Shown piece by piece: positions 1-9,227 of a stretch of 64,000 nt of DNA. The notes beneath the pieces are model-generated. The model saw only the letters and a program-made list of their open reading frames with translations. It did no database searches and was not told the origin of the DNA. Position 1 is the first letter of the stretch. Each line of letters opens with the position of its first letter. Source of the DNA: an uncultured Candidatus Saccharibacteria bacterium (GTDB taxonomy: Bacteria; Patescibacteriota; Minisyncoccia; Phycocordibacterales; UBA12088); assembly GCA_964409035.1 (NCBI GenBank), contig CAYPBQ010000001.1, positions 111,638 through 175,637 on the forward strand, written 5' to 3'. Made by a program: the position numbers and the translations under genes.

Positions 1-1204
1 CAGAAATCGTATCTGTCTGTGCAAGGTTGGTAGATGGGAGCGCAGCAGGTGATGCAGCGGTACTTCCATCACAAGTAAATGGCGAGCCATCAACCACCCC
101 TAACGTTCCCGCACACCATGCGACACTCACGTATTCTGTGGTTCCACCCACATGTACTCCGTTAGCCATATTTGAATCATGGATTGGCACTTCCATTGAT
201 CCAGCAAATGAATCATGGAGCAATTCGATTTCAGTAGCATCCTTTATGCCATCTTTATCGCTATCAAGCCAAAAGTACATGTCTATAAGTTCTCCAAGCT
301 CTCCATCGTCATCAGTAAGACTATCGAGTGCTTCATTTTCTGGATCAGTTAGTCCATTTTCTTTGTTCTCTACATCGGTAACATAGAGGCATGAGAATGC
401 ATCATTGCTATCAACGTGTAGGGATATAGTGTTTGTTCCGTAATCACCCGGCTTTACATCAGTGAATGCGAAGAATTTTTCATCATCAAGATCAGTGGCT
501 GACCATAGCTTGCATGAGCCTCCAACAGAGTAGGCAAACTCGTCTGGATCACAAACTCCATCCACCACCGCCTTAAACATTACCCCAGCTGGGTTAGTGG
601 TTGGTGTACTACCAGGGACACCTAGGTTATCAACCTCTACTTCGATAGTGTTAAGACCAGGCACCATTGCTGATGCGATGTTGTACACATCTTCTGTTCC
701 AAGTTGGAAGTTGTTTTCATCTGTTGACGCACCCACCAACACTCCATTTACCCTCGCGCGGTGTTGGTTGTCTGACGCAACATATAATTGCGCTGAAGAA
801 ACACTACCACTCCACACAAAGGTCTTTGTAAAGGTGAAGGTTTGCGTAACCGTAGGGTCACTTACTGGATTACTTATCCACACCCAATCACCCGCGCCAC
901 CTGTACCATCTAGGTCCGCAGTCCACGCAGGGTGGATAAAGGTGAGCACCTCTGCATTCGCGTTAGAATTTTCATCAACGGTAACCCCAACGCTACTAGG
1001 GACATCGCCATCACATCCATAGACACACTCCTCACCAAGATACGAAGCAAAGGTGTGGTCTACTTTGAGGTCAATGTTACCTGCGGTAAACACATTACCT
1101 GTTGAAGTCTCACCATCAGTGAAGAATGCTCCTGTACCCGCGGCTACCACCGACCCTAGGCCGATGATAATCGCAAGCGAGCTAATAATTCTAGTGTATT
1201 TCAT
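1..1204 (-). CDS. Secreted protein with SipW-cognate (TasA/camelysin-type) signal peptide, partial (C-terminus beyond window start)
   Basis: Minus-strand frame open from ATG at 1204..1202 to position 1 with no stop, so the track does not list it. N-terminus reads MKYTRIISSLAIIIGLGSVVAAGTGAFFTDGETSTGNVFTAGNIDLKV, which carries the AFFxDxExSxxNxFxAGxxDL motif. It is paralogous to the next gene. The + strand ORFs 27..386 and 597..1022 are antisense artefacts. Confidence 0.6.
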   Translation of the reverse strand, partial: MKYTRIISSLAIIIGLGSVVAAGTGAFFTDGETSTGNVFTAGNIDLKVDHTFASYLGEECVYGCDGDVPSSVGVTVDENSNANAEVLTFIHPAWTADLDGTGGAGDWVWISNPVSDPTVTQTFTFTKTFVWSGSVSSAQLYVASDNQHRARVNGVLVGASTDENNFQLGTEDVYNIASAMVPGLNTIEVEVDNLGVPGSTPTTNPAGVMFKAVVDGVCDPDEFAYSVGGSCKLWSATDLDDEKFFAFTDVKPGDYGTNTISLHVDSNDAFSCLYVTDVENKENGLTDPENEALDSLTDDDGELGELIDMYFWLDSDKDGIKDATEIELLHDSFAGSMEVPIHDSNMANGVHVGGTTEYVSVAWCAGTLGVVDGSPFTCDGSTAASPAALPSTNLAQTDTIS

Positions 1205-1254
1205 TTAATTTACCTTCTACTAATTACTAATAAATGAAGATGTTACCAAAGAGA

Positions 1255-2766
1255 TTAGTTCTCGAAGTCAAACTTCTTTGTTACGCCGTTTACTGTCATT
1301 GAGAAGCTGTCAACATTTCCAGTAAATCCATCTGCGTATGGCTCACCTACACGAATACCAAGCCATGAGTCGGTTGAACGAGTCTCAGCGTTAGGGAATG
1401 AAGCAACGATGTCGTTCCATGTTCTGTTTGCATTGGTATTTCCATCTGGCCACATGTTTCCATTAGCAGCAAATCCAGACCAAGACCACAAACTAGTACC
1501 ACCTGTATTCCATGTCTGCCATGTGTCAGGCACTACAGTGCCATTAGCACTTGGTACAAACACTAGACGCCTCTGCCATGTGTCAGAGTTGTTGAAGTCA
1601 ACATTGAAGTGAAGATACGGTGCTCGTTGTGTGCTTCCAGGGTTACCCGCAGATTGTGAAAGAGTGGTGAAGCTCATTGCATCAATATCAGCAAGCTTTA
1701 TATCCTTAAACTGATACGTTGCAATATTTTTCCTCTCTGTTCCTGTCACACTCATTTGCGCGCTTCCTGTGCCTGTCATTGGAGTAGTAGGTCCTGCTAC
1801 AAAACTGCCAAGTGTATTGTTAATGGTGTCATTCTCATCGTTATAGAAGAACCACTTTGTTGGATCAGATGCTACATCTACGAGACTTGATGCAAGGTTA
1901 GACGCGCCAACATTTGTCTCGATAGCGATAGGTCCAGGTGCTGGTACCCCCTCGCATACAAAGGTGTTGTTATTTCGTGACTGTACTGCCATAAACGACA
2001 CATCTAACTTAGTGCTGTCTGTCTGTGCAGCATTAGTAGTGCTTGCGCCGTTGCAGGTAAATCCAGTTCCACGAGCAAGCGGACCGCTAGTAGCAACTCC
2101 ATCTTGAGAAACTGGAGCGCTAGTCATTGTGCCGAAGCACCATCCCTTACCAATGTATCGCTCTGATCCTCCTGCTACTGGTCCTGTGCCGCTCCAAATG
2201 TTTCTGTTGGAGTCTGCAAGAGCAATATTTATTGGTGTGTTAAGTGGCGCATCGCCCAATTTTCCTTGAGTGATTACCGTCTCGTCACTTTCAAGTACGT
2301 TATCACCATCGTCTGCCCACCACATAAATGAGAGTGACTGTGCTAGGTCACCATCAGTCATATCAGTGTCTGGCTCTACACATGTTGTATCAGCATCAAG
2401 CTCAGAGTCATTACAAGTCACGTCGTCATTCTCTTTTACGGTAACTGCGGCACAAAGCCATGAGTCATTTGATGTAACCTTAAGACCAATAGTGTCTTCT
2501 CCGTGATCTCCAGGCTTTACATCAGCAAAGTTAAAAAATAGCCTACCGGTAAGCTCATTCCATGCCCATGTGGTAGCTGTTGAGGCAACAAGTGTGCCTG
2601 TCGCGTCAGTCACATAGCTCGTGTTAGACACTTTCAGGTCAATATCTCCTGCAGCAAAGGTGTTTCCGGTTGAGCTCTCTGAATCAGAGAAAAATGCTCC
2701 AGTAGCACCAACTGCCGCTATGCCCACAAAGGCAATCATCGCAAGCGATAATATAACTCTTTTCAT
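1255..2766 (-). CDS. Secreted Asn/Thr-rich protein with SipW-cognate class signal peptide (TasA/camelysin-like N-terminus)
   Basis: 503 aa. N-terminus reads MKRVILSLAMIAFVGIAAVGATGAFFSDSESSTGNTFAAGDIDLKV. It is a tandem paralog of the upstream partial gene. Many N-x-S/T motifs. Confidence 0.65.
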   Translation of the reverse strand: MKRVILSLAMIAFVGIAAVGATGAFFSDSESSTGNTFAAGDIDLKVSNTSYVTDATGTLVASTATTWAWNELTGRLFFNFADVKPGDHGEDTIGLKVTSNDSWLCAAVTVKENDDVTCNDSELDADTTCVEPDTDMTDGDLAQSLSFMWWADDGDNVLESDETVITQGKLGDAPLNTPINIALADSNRNIWSGTGPVAGGSERYIGKGWCFGTMTSAPVSQDGVATSGPLARGTGFTCNGASTTNAAQTDSTKLDVSFMAVQSRNNNTFVCEGVPAPGPIAIETNVGASNLASSLVDVASDPTKWFFYNDENDTINNTLGSFVAGPTTPMTGTGSAQMSVTGTERKNIATYQFKDIKLADIDAMSFTTLSQSAGNPGSTQRAPYLHFNVDFNNSDTWQRRLVFVPSANGTVVPDTWQTWNTGGTSLWSWSGFAANGNMWPDGNTNANRTWNDIVASFPNAETRSTDSWLGIRVGEPYADGFTGNVDSFSMTVNGVTKKFDFEN

Positions 2767-3171
2767 AAATATGAAGCTATTAATAATGAATAATCCAATA
2801 AAATCCTTACTCCCTATAACCGATAATCAGAAAGAACAGATACGACAAACACCGCATTTCTTTATGCGGTTTCTCTCGTCTACGCGTTAGTAGTTATGCG
2901 CATGACATCGACAGTATACGCCACAATATTGAAGCAACACAAAGATGCTACGTGTGCCAACAACGATCAAAATACAGTGTCAAATTAAAGGACAAACTAG
3001 ATTTTTTTGAGTTAGTATTAAAGCCATATTATGTGTGTCCTTAACAATTTTTTTGAAATATTCTGCGATAAAAGACACATGTTTATAGGACAATTTTTTT
3101 GACCTTTTTATCCAAAATATTCACCCCTTAAAGAAAGTGATACTCGTACGACTCTATGCTATATTAGCGAT

Positions 3172-5382
3172 ATGGATGAGAAAGTAATAGACTCAATCTT
3201 TTTAAAACCATACAACCCAGGCGATGTTGAGGAGGCCCTCTACAAGGATTGGGAGGCTTCTTCTTTTTTTAACCCTGATGTGTGCAAAGAGAGGGGTATT
3301 GCAAACCCAGCACTTAAGCCCTTTTCGATTGTACTTCCTCCCCCTAACGTAACCGGGACCCTCCACATGGGTCATGCTGCCATGCTTGCCACAGAAGATA
3401 TTTTAGTCAGGCATGCGCGTATGAGCGGTAGACCAACACTGTGGCTTCCGGGCACTGATTCAGCGGCAATCGCAACCCAAAGCAAGGTAGAGAAAGAAAT
3501 ACAAAAGAAGGAGGGTAAAAGCCGATACGACTTAGGGAGAGAAGAACTACTCAAGCGAGTCGGCGAATTTGCAGAGGAAAGCAAGGCGACAATTATTTCT
3601 CAGACTAAAAAAATGGGAAGCAGCCTTGATTGGTCTCGATATGCGTACACCATGGATGAATCACGCTACCGCGCCGTTATGGAAGCCTTTGTACGTATGT
3701 ATGAGGCGGGACTCATCTACCGTGGTCACCGTATTGTTAATTGGGACCCTAAGGGGCAAACGACTATTTCTGATGATGAGATTGTGTACATTGAAGAGAA
3801 AACTACGTTCTACCACTTTCAATATGGCCCATTTGTTATTGGCACCGCCCGCCCTGAAACTAAATTTGGCGACAAGTATGTGGTGATGCACCCAGATGAT
3901 GAGCGTTATAGCGCATACATCCACGGTCAAACAATTGAGGTTGAATGGATAAATGGTCCAATTACCGCAACCATTGTTAAAGACTCCTCTATTGATATGG
4001 CATTTGGTACTGGAGTGATGACTATTACCCCATGGCATAGCGCAATCGACTTTGACATTGCTGAACGATATCAACTTGAAAAGGAGCAGATAATTGATGA
4101 GCGCGGTAAACTCCTCCCTATCGCTGGAGAATGTGCAGGAATGAAAATAGCAGATGCGCGAGCGCGTGTTGTTGAGCTACTGCGCGCAAAGGGGTTAATC
4201 GTAAAAGAGGAGCCATATACCCACAACATAGCCACCGCAGAGCGCACTGGCGCGACCATTGAGCCTCAAATTAAGGAGCAGTGGTTTATTGATGTTGATA
4301 AGCAATTTACCATTCCCCACTCAACCATTGTTGGTATTCCAAGCGGATCACAGACCTCTCTCAAAACGCTAATGAAGCAGTGCGTTGAGAGTAAAGAAAT
4401 AAGCATTCTCCCCGACCGATTTGAAAAAGTCTATTTTAACTGGATAGATAATTTACGCCCATGGTGCATATCACGGCAAATATGGTTTGGACACCGCATC
4501 CCCGTTTGGTACAAGGGTAGCGAGACGTATGTAGGAGTTGAGGCGCCAACCGATGATGGATGGGAGCAAGATCCAGACACCCTTGATACATGGTTTTCTT
4601 CAGGACTATGGACGTTTTCTACCCTTGGGTGGCCTGATAAAACAACTGACCTAGCTACATACCACCCCACCAGCGTACTTGAAACCGGTTACGACATTCT
4701 CTTCTTCTGGGTAGCGCGTATGGTACTCATGAGCACGTTCCACCTCGGGGAGGTACCGTTTAAGACGGTATATCTCCACGGCTTAGTGCGTGATGCAAAA
4801 GGTCAAAAAATGAGTAAATCTCTTGGAAATATTATTGATCCAGTAGAACTAATAGAGAAGTATGGCGCTGATGCAGTACGGCTTTCACTCATTATTGGCG
4901 CAGCGGCAGGTAATGACACAAAGCTTTCTGAAGATAAGGTGCGTGGCTACAAGTATTTTGCTAATAAGCTATGGAATGTGGCGAGGTTTATTTTTGAGAA
5001 TACGCAGGATACTAGCATAGATGAGCAAGCCACCCTCTCTACTCTTGATGCAGAGTACCTACACACCTTTACTGAGCTTGCTAAGGAGATTGAGAGCGAT
5101 ATAGAAAACTTTAGGCTATATTTAGCTGCTGAAAAGTTATACCACTACTCTTGGGACACTCTCGCATCGCAGATACTTGAAGAGAGTAAAAAGCTATTCA
5201 CAGAAGGTGACAAAGCGCTTGTGGCATCTAGAAAGCAATTGTTGCTTGTCATCATTCGTGACTTGTTAAAGTTACTCCACCCGTTTGCTCCTTTTGTTAC
5301 AGAAAAAATTTGGCAGCATTCACCGTTTAAGCAACCATCTCGCCCATTTATCATGGTTGAGACCTGGCCTGTTCACAACTAA
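3172..5382 (+). CDS. valS: Valine--tRNA ligase
   Basis: 736 aa. Class I HIGH motif (LHMGHAAM) and KMSKS (KMSKSLGN). Editing-domain and anticodon-binding regions are typical of ValRS. It is short because the C-terminal coiled-coil is missing. Confidence 0.93.
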   Translation: MDEKVIDSIFLKPYNPGDVEEALYKDWEASSFFNPDVCKERGIANPALKPFSIVLPPPNVTGTLHMGHAAMLATEDILVRHARMSGRPTLWLPGTDSAAIATQSKVEKEIQKKEGKSRYDLGREELLKRVGEFAEESKATIISQTKKMGSSLDWSRYAYTMDESRYRAVMEAFVRMYEAGLIYRGHRIVNWDPKGQTTISDDEIVYIEEKTTFYHFQYGPFVIGTARPETKFGDKYVVMHPDDERYSAYIHGQTIEVEWINGPITATIVKDSSIDMAFGTGVMTITPWHSAIDFDIAERYQLEKEQIIDERGKLLPIAGECAGMKIADARARVVELLRAKGLIVKEEPYTHNIATAERTGATIEPQIKEQWFIDVDKQFTIPHSTIVGIPSGSQTSLKTLMKQCVESKEISILPDRFEKVYFNWIDNLRPWCISRQIWFGHRIPVWYKGSETYVGVEAPTDDGWEQDPDTLDTWFSSGLWTFSTLGWPDKTTDLATYHPTSVLETGYDILFFWVARMVLMSTFHLGEVPFKTVYLHGLVRDAKGQKMSKSLGNIIDPVELIEKYGADAVRLSLIIGAAAGNDTKLSEDKVRGYKYFANKLWNVARFIFENTQDTSIDEQATLSTLDAEYLHTFTELAKEIESDIENFRLYLAAEKLYHYSWDTLASQILEESKKLFTEGDKALVASRKQLLLVIIRDLLKLLHPFAPFVTEKIWQHSPFKQPSRPFIMVETWPVHN

Positions 5383-5391
5383 TAGCAATTC

Positions 5392-6150
5392 TTGCGCTAT
5401 ACTTTATACATGGAGCTAGCCGCTACGTGGCTTTCTGTTATTGGCGCATCACCCGCTGGGGCTTACTCCTATGCCTTTATAGGAGGTATAGTACCCGCAC
5501 TCCTTTGGCTACTGTTTTTTTTGCGTGAAGACAGACTCCATCCTGAACCACGCAAGTTGCTTATCTTTACCTTTATTGCAGGTATGTCATGTGTCATCTT
5601 TGTACTTCCTGTACAGCGATTTGCCTATGGGTTTTTGACTGGTGGCTCTCTATTGCTCGCGTGGGCGTTTATTGAGGAGCTATTCAAGTACTGGGCAGCA
5701 TATCTTGTGGTGTTGTGGCAATCGGCAGTTGATGAACCGATGGATCCTGTTATCTATATGATTACTGCAGCCCTAGGTTTTGCCGCTCTTGAAAACGCAC
5801 TGTTTATGTCTGGGCCTCTACTAAGCGGTAATCCTACTGAGGCACTTATTACAGGTAATCTTCGCTTTATTGGAGCAGCACTTCTTCATGTGGTTGCGTC
5901 AGCATCCATTGGTATGGCACTTGCGCTTTCATTTTATCGAAAGAGCAAATATAAACGATTGTATTTTTTAACCGGCTTTATCCTTTCTGTCTTATTGCAT
6001 ACGATATTTAACTTTTTTATAATGGAGAGTAACGGAGGAGAGGTACTTATCGTCTTTTCTTTTGTCTGGATTGGTGTCATTCTATTACTACTCCTCTTTG
6101 AGAGAATAAAGCTTATCAAAAAACCATTACCCACAAGCATCTTTAAATAA
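5392..6150 (+). CDS. PrsW-family intramembrane metalloprotease-like membrane protein
   Basis: 252 aa with multiple TM segments. EExxK-like motif (FIEELFKY) and HxxxN-like motif (LLHTIFNFF), as in PrsW/CPBP-type proteases. Confidence 0.45.
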   Translation: MRYTLYMELAATWLSVIGASPAGAYSYAFIGGIVPALLWLLFFLREDRLHPEPRKLLIFTFIAGMSCVIFVLPVQRFAYGFLTGGSLLLAWAFIEELFKYWAAYLVVLWQSAVDEPMDPVIYMITAALGFAALENALFMSGPLLSGNPTEALITGNLRFIGAALLHVVASASIGMALALSFYRKSKYKRLYFLTGFILSVLLHTIFNFFIMESNGGEVLIVFSFVWIGVILLLLLFERIKLIKKPLPTSIFK

Positions 6151-6156
6151 CATATT

Positions 6157-6657
6157 ATGGCAAGAGATAAACGATCATTTTTTGAACGACTAACTGGCAC
6201 CGTGAGTACGGATGAATATGAAGAATTTGGAGATGACTTTGTTCCGCAACAAACCGCTGTCACAACAGCAAAAAAGGCACGAGTAGTACCTACAGAAGAG
6301 CCCGTATATGAAGAACCAGAACCTGAAGAAGAAGGTCAATTATCTGTAGATGTGTATCAAACTCCAACCGACATTGTCATTAAAGCAGTTGTTGCTGGTG
6401 TAAAGCCTGATGAGCTAGATGTCGCAATTACAAGGGACATGGTTACCATCAGAGGAGAACGACAAGAGGTAAAGGAAGCAACTGATGAAAACTATTTCCA
6501 CCAGGAGCTTTACTGGGGTAGATTCTCACGAACCATTCTTCTCCCCGCAGAAATTGAGGTAGAAGCAGCGGAGGCGCAGGAAAAGCACGGCGTACTCGTT
6601 ATTCGACTTCCAAAAATTGATAAGGACCGTCAAACAAAGTTAAAGGTAAAGAGCTAA
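6157..6657 (+). CDS. Hsp20/alpha-crystallin family small heat shock protein
   Basis: 166 aa. The alpha-crystallin domain pattern (LSVDVYQT...DIVIKAVVAGVKPDELDVAI...VTIRGER...GRFSRTILLPAEIEVEAAEAQEKHGVLVIRLPK) and size fit the Hsp20/alpha-crystallin family. It sits 6 bp after the preceding gene, so it is probably co-transcribed. Confidence 0.85.
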   Translation: MARDKRSFFERLTGTVSTDEYEEFGDDFVPQQTAVTTAKKARVVPTEEPVYEEPEPEEEGQLSVDVYQTPTDIVIKAVVAGVKPDELDVAITRDMVTIRGERQEVKEATDENYFHQELYWGRFSRTILLPAEIEVEAAEAQEKHGVLVIRLPKIDKDRQTKLKVKS

Positions 6658-6677
6658 GATAATACTACCAATAACGT

Positions 6678-6710
6678 AAAAGGCGCAGGACAAATGTCCT
6701 GCGCCTTTTA
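6678..6710. terminator. Bidirectional intrinsic terminator hairpin between the hsp20 gene and tRNA-Phe
   Basis: The stem ggcgcaggaca / tgtcctgcgcc is flanked by A-run and T-run (aaaggcgcaggacaaatgtcctgcgcctttt). Confidence 0.7.
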
Positions 6711-6716
6711 CTCATG

Positions 6717-6789
6717 TGCTTGGGGCCGGGTTCGAACCGGCGACCCTTCGCTCTTCAGGCGAATGCTCTACCAACTGAGCTACCCAAGC
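6717..6789 (-). tRNA. tRNA-Phe (anticodon GAA)
   Basis: The reverse complement folds as a cloverleaf. Acceptor arm gcttggg/cccaagc, D-arm gctc-agttggta-gagc, anticodon stem ttcgc/gcgaa with loop ctGAAga, T-arm gccgg-ttcgaac-ccggc, discriminator A. CCA is not encoded. Confidence 0.9.
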
Positions 6790-6795
6790 GTTGTA

Positions 6796-7125
6796 TTACT
6801 CCTTTGGGGTAGAAGTAGCTTGTTCCCCTCCCAAATAATTAAGTAACTTTTGTATACCCTCTGGCAAGATAGATTCAGCATTTTTAATACCATCTACCTG
6901 CTCCTTTATTTGTGAATACGATGATGATATCTCACTCATATACGGCTGTACGTACGAATAGTAGATATATAGAGGTACTCCGATAAGTAACCCCCAGTAC
7001 ACAATAGTGATAACTGTGGTAATTATCCCAGACCGCCGAATCTTCTTCAGCATTCTGTTGTTCTCCTTTTCAAGCTCCAAGGTCTCCCTCAAAAGCCTTA
7101 GTGATTCATCATCCTTTTGATCCAC
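6796..7125 (-). CDS. Hypothetical small membrane protein
   Basis: 109 aa with one predicted TM helix (IITTVITIVYWGLLIGVPLYIYY). No recognisable family. Confidence 0.4.
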   Translation of the reverse strand: MDQKDDESLRLLRETLELEKENNRMLKKIRRSGIITTVITIVYWGLLIGVPLYIYYSYVQPYMSEISSSYSQIKEQVDGIKNAESILPEGIQKLLNYLGGEQATSTPKE

Positions 7126-7230
7126 CGCATGATTCTACCAGAAATACTCTCCAAAATAAAGCGTGTATGCTAATGCGCATCCTCCATAAGAAAAGAGGTA
7201 GCAGGTCTCAAACTGCTACCTCCTCGGGCG

Positions 7231-7869
7231 TTACGATATGTAATGGAGCAATACCCACACCTGCGTTGTTGTGCCCGCGAGCACAAAGACGTGTTGCAAC
7301 TCTCTATATCCAAAAACTCTGGGGACTATATCAGGCCACCTACTCGCATGTACAAGATAATTTATGAAGTAGCATGCGATCCCAAACCAAAATATGGTTA
7401 ACCCAATCACATCTAGCCATACCGTTAGTTCATAAAACGATATGGTAAGTGGTGTTGTAGCCAATACAAGATATAACACTCCTCCAGTCTTGTGATTTGA
7501 AAGACAAAACCATCTTACCGCACTTACTGATAGCGTGAGGAATGCCAACAATGGCAGTCGCCAGTATAACTCTGCATCAGGCAAGAGCGTCATCCAATAC
7601 GGCACAAATGTTCCGCCAGTAAGAAGTACAATGACTTGGTGATCAAGCTTTTGCCATACTATGCTGTATGGCAAAAAGTGGTAGCAACAACTCACAAAAT
7701 ACTGGAGTACAACTAAAAGCGGTAGTGTGGCTATCCAAAATGATGGTGCGTATGCAACCCACAACCACACCGTCACCAGAAAGCCAATTACATCTATCGC
7801 ACACAAAACAGGGTGGCGTGGCGTAAAGCCACTAGCATTTTCACGATGCGTGAGTTGCAACAACGACAT
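7231..7869 (-). CDS. Hemolysin III / PAQR family membrane protein
   Basis: 212 aa with 7 TM helices. SxxxH (SCCYH), DHxxIxLLxxGTxxPY (KLDHQVIVLLTGGTFVPY) and C-terminal HxxxxxxxxxxxH (LQHVFVLAGTTTQVWVLLHY) match hemolysin-III/YqfA motifs. Confidence 0.75.
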   Translation of the reverse strand: MSLLQLTHRENASGFTPRHPVLCAIDVIGFLVTVWLWVAYAPSFWIATLPLLVVLQYFVSCCYHFLPYSIVWQKLDHQVIVLLTGGTFVPYWMTLLPDAELYWRLPLLAFLTLSVSAVRWFCLSNHKTGGVLYLVLATTPLTISFYELTVWLDVIGLTIFWFGIACYFINYLVHASRWPDIVPRVFGYRELQHVFVLAGTTTQVWVLLHYIS

Positions 7870-7967
7870 GTCGTCCTTCCTTCCCTTTGGTCACTGTATA
7901 GCTATTCCTAACGCATACTATACTACCTACCCATTGATTCAAGTGGTGGTGGGCGTGTATCCAATAA

Positions 7968-8108
7968 TTGGTGCCCTTGGCAGGATATCTCACTCCTGGG
8001 AAACCCAAGGTTTTCCCAATCCTTCCTCCACGGGGAAACAAATGTTTCCCCGACCCACTTCTGGTTCGATTCCAGCCACGCTTGAATTACTTTGTGCCCT
8101 TGGCAGGA
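7968..8108. repeat. Direct repeat of the tRNA-Arg 3' end, flanking a 108-bp three-hairpin insert
   Basis: The 15-nt sequence gtgcccttggcagga occurs at 7971-7985 and again at 8094-8108, a 17/18 match once the flanking tt is included. The second copy is the last 14 nt of the minus-strand tRNA-Arg. The sequence between them contains hairpins gggaaa/tttccc and ggggaaaca/tgtttcccc, plus a T-arm-like ctggTTCGATTCCag. Confidence 0.6.
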
Positions 8109-8166
8109 ATCGAACCTACATCTCTCCCTTAGGACGGGATTGCTCTATCCATTGAGCTACAAGGGC
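8095..8166 (-). tRNA. tRNA-Arg (anticodon CCT)
   Basis: Reverse complement is gcccttg-ta-gctc-aatggata-gagc-a-atccc-gtCCTaa-gggag-agat-gtagg-ttcgatt-cctgc-caagggc-a. U33 and A37 are present. There is one mismatch at the top of the anticodon stem. Confidence 0.8.
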
Positions 8167-8193
8167 AATATTTAATAACGGCACTATAGCACA

Positions 8194-8221
8194 AAACCCC
8201 GCATTGTTTATGCGGGGTTTT
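8194..8221. terminator. Bidirectional intrinsic terminator
   Basis: aaaaccccgcattgtttatgcggggtttt has a 7-8 bp GC stem flanked by A-run and T-run. It lies downstream of the minus-strand glutaredoxin-like gene. Confidence 0.7.
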
Positions 8222-8229
8222 GTGTTTGC

Positions 8230-8478
8230 TTATATATTAAGCAGGGTAGATAACTGTCTTTCTTCAAATCCAATCATCATCTCTTCCTTATCCCCTTCTT
8301 TTACTACAATAACCGGTACCCCCATTTGCCCGCTCTTATCAACCATTTCTTTTCTTTTCTCAAGGTCATCTGCAACATTGTACTCAGTATAGGTGAGTCC
8401 CTTTTCATTCAGAAATTCCTTAGTTAATTTGCAAAAATGACACGTAGGGGTGCTATAGATGGTGATTTGTTTTTCCAT
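8230..8478 (-). CDS. Glutaredoxin-like protein (NrdH/YruB-like)
   Basis: 82 aa with a CxxC active site (TIYSTPTCHFCKLTKEFL) and GVPVIVV, a thioredoxin-fold glutaredoxin signature. Confidence 0.8.
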   Translation of the reverse strand: MEKQITIYSTPTCHFCKLTKEFLNEKGLTYTEYNVADDLEKRKEMVDKSGQMGVPVIVVKEGDKEEMMIGFEERQLSTLLNI

Positions 8479-8611
8479 AAATACTAATTATCTTACAAGC
8501 TAGGGCAGTATAGCATACATTTACTATTGCAAAATATATTGCCTCGCACTCATGCCCACCCCTCAGTATCGCGATACATCGCGATACTGAGGGGTGGTTA
8601 ATGACAAACTA

Positions 8612-9022
8612 TTACTTGAACCAACCAAGTATTTTTTCAAAAAACCCTTTTTCCTTCTCTTTGTTTGCATCAAGTGGTACTCGCTCTTCTTTCTCTACTA
8701 CAACAATTGCATACTCCCCCTCCCTTCCAACATCAAATTGCTTCCTGAGTTCTTCCTCCTTGCCTTTATCAGTTTCTAGGTATGCAATTCGCTCCCTCAA
8801 TTGAGCCTCACGCACTTGGAGCGCGCCAAGTTCAGCGGCAACTTCCATTCTTTTATCCTTTGCTATCGATGCTTTGTCCCATGCATTGTACGCAACATTA
8901 GCTAAGAATAGTGTAATGAGAAGTATCACTACCACCATAGGCTTAGAGTGCAATATCCTACGGAGCTTTCTTCTCTCATAAAAGGTAAACATATTATAAG
9001 TATACCAAAACTTGCGATACAT
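8612..9022 (-). CDS. Septum formation initiator (FtsB/DivIC-like) coiled-coil membrane protein
   Basis: A single TM helix (VVVILLITLFLANVAY) is followed by a coiled coil and the FtsB-like EEELRKQFDVGREGEY motif. The true start is probably an internal Met (MFTFY or MVVVILL). Confidence 0.5.
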   Translation of the reverse strand: MYRKFWYTYNMFTFYERRKLRRILHSKPMVVVILLITLFLANVAYNAWDKASIAKDKRMEVAAELGALQVREAQLRERIAYLETDKGKEEELRKQFDVGREGEYAIVVVEKEERVPLDANKEKEKGFFEKILGWFK

Positions 9023-9227
9023 CGATAAATTGAGTACCCTAATAGCACTATGCTATTTCATAAAAAAACAAAAAAGGCCATTAAATGGATTTGGGCGGGT
9101 TTGGTGATACTTATTATCTTCTCAATGGTGATTCTCTATATACCGCTTGGTTAAGAGTAGAGGTATAGACAATCAAAATAATTTGTTGTACAAAGCTATT
9201 TAGCTGGTACCAGATGGGAGCACGTCA

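Noticed and set aside
27-1022. Plus-strand ORFs 27..386 and 597..1022 in the track
   Set aside because: They lie antisense to an unbroken minus-strand reading frame whose N-terminus (1204) is a clear paralog of the neighbouring SipW-cognate protein. Their low-complexity S/T/P composition is typical of antisense artefacts.
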